A stretch of DNA of 63,527 bases, the filler included, from Reclinomonas americana ATCC 50394 (lineage: Eukaryota), in assembly GCA_048213135.1 (NCBI GenBank). It is 14 parts of 14 records of this genome, joined end to end, with 100 filler letters (N's around TTAATTAATTAA, not from the genome) between each part and the next. Parts side by side here need not be neighbours in the genome. Positions count along the whole stretch, not along the records: positions 59,590 to 63,527 come from AFZH01020651.1; 13 more parts are not named here. One strand, 5' to 3'. The number at the start of each line of letters is the position of its first letter. The first letter of the stretch is position 1. Shown in pieces: positions 62,601 through 63,527 of the stretch. Under the pieces are notes generated by a model, which was given only the letters and a program-made list of their open reading frames with translations, was not told the DNA's origin and did not search any database. The translations under genes were made by a program, and so were the position numbers.

Positions 62601-63527
62601 TCCACCGACACGCCGCTGATCATAGCAGCAGGCGTCGGCGTGCCGGCGCACGAGGCGGAGGCCACAAACACTGGCGACGACGACGACGGCACAAAGCCAC
62701 TGCCTGCCAACTGAATGGTCTGCGCTCCGGCCGAGGCCAGAATGGTGCTCGGCGAGGCGCCGGTCACCGAGGCGATGTTGATGGCACCGGCGTCGGCGTA
62801 CGACGAGCTGGAGGCAAAGCGCGCACAGAAGCGGAAGGAGCCGGCTTGCGCACCAGTGGTGGCAAACGACAGAGTCAGCGCCGTTGATGACGAGGCCGTC
62901 ACGGACCCGAACGCGGCGCCACTCGCACCACTGAGTGGCGCGCACGACTGCGCAATCACAAACGGCGTGTTGACACCGGTCGGGTTGAAGAGGCCTTGGC
63001 CGTTCAGCGTGACCGCCAGCGACGCCTGACCAATCGGCAACACCGATGGCGACACCGACAGCGAGCTCACCAGCATGAAGCCGGTGACCGCGGGCGAAAA
63101 CGGCGCCGACGGCGACCAACGCACGCAAATGTTGGCTTGGCCAGCGGCGGCCGACAGCGCGCTGACAGAGATGACAGCGGCAGACGCCGACTGTCCCGCA
63201 GCGACGGCCGTGACCGAAGCACCCGGGTACACGTTGCTGGCCGGATCCGAGGGCGGCGAGCACGAGACAGTGGAGACGACAAAGGAGGCCGGTGTCAGCG
63301 TGCCGGTGAAAGCCGTGCCGCCGAGATTCACTTGAGTGACCTGGCCAACAATGCCGCTCGTGGGAGAGGCGCTGGTCACAGCCGCAGCCGCCAGGGCGCC
63401 CACGTCGGTGAACGGCAGATTGGCGGCAAACTGGACGCACAAGCGGTAGTTGCCGGCATTGGCAGCGGCCACATTCACCGTGACGACAATCGACGTGCGG
63501 CAAGTGAGTGTCGACGCCAGCGGCGCG
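47636..63527 (-). CDS. Giant type I membrane protein: about 40 visible ~100-aa Cys-paired IPT/TIG-like repeats, two tandem jelly-roll/CBM-like domains, TM helix, Ser/Pro-rich cytoplasmic tail (5' end outside window; spans four gaps)
   Basis: Repeat consensus V(T/S)SVSP..V..G....VTVxGxGF....F.(L/V)A.SC......V.G....S.T...L.V......GxYxLCVRW....Y..G.L.V in all long minus-strand ORFs from 49011 to 63527. TM LIVGLTVGLTVGAALAVLLIWLVIA-RRRR at about 48830-48910. Tail exons splice in frame to ..PLHESRI* at 47636. Confidence 0.85.

Noticed and set aside
50050..63335. Many plus-strand ORFs over the giant gene
   Set aside because: Antisense shadows of a GC-rich coding strand.

Overview
Intron-rich eukaryotic genomic DNA from a draft scaffold. 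The organism is probably a flagellated protist, since it encodes a TTLL3/8-type tubulin glycylase. Thirteen artificial 100-nt gap linkers (44N-TTAATTAATTAA-44N) interrupt the sequence, and genes continue in order across several of them. TACG-type noise at contig ends suggests 454 reads. Genes reconstructed by splicing exons by hand: a secreted NHL/FN3/cadherin-like/TIG/PAN mosaic protein (5'-truncated), a class I PI3K catalytic subunit, an 80-aa orphan, an SRPBCC protein, two tandem stand-alone WD40 genes, the first exon of a FIBP homologue with degenerate copies, an RPxSA-rich low-complexity protein, NAE1/APPBP1, a TTLL3/8 glycylase, PI4K III alpha, a GPI-anchored trypsin, an abhydrolase lipase, and a giant type I membrane protein of about 40 Cys-paired TIG-like repeats that runs off the window. 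Most notable observations: (1) about 27 introns use a +1-shifted 5' splice site (GTTGCG/GTTTCG, usually without G at -1); (2) the WD40 pair has near-identical repeats with hypervariable surface positions, like fungal HNWD immune sensors but without a NACHT domain; (3) an NHL propeller is inserted inside an FN3-like domain, twice; (4) a 266-nt hairpin; (5) helically phased GTACCCC arrays next to a possible structured RNA. All family assignments come from motif recognition, not database searches.
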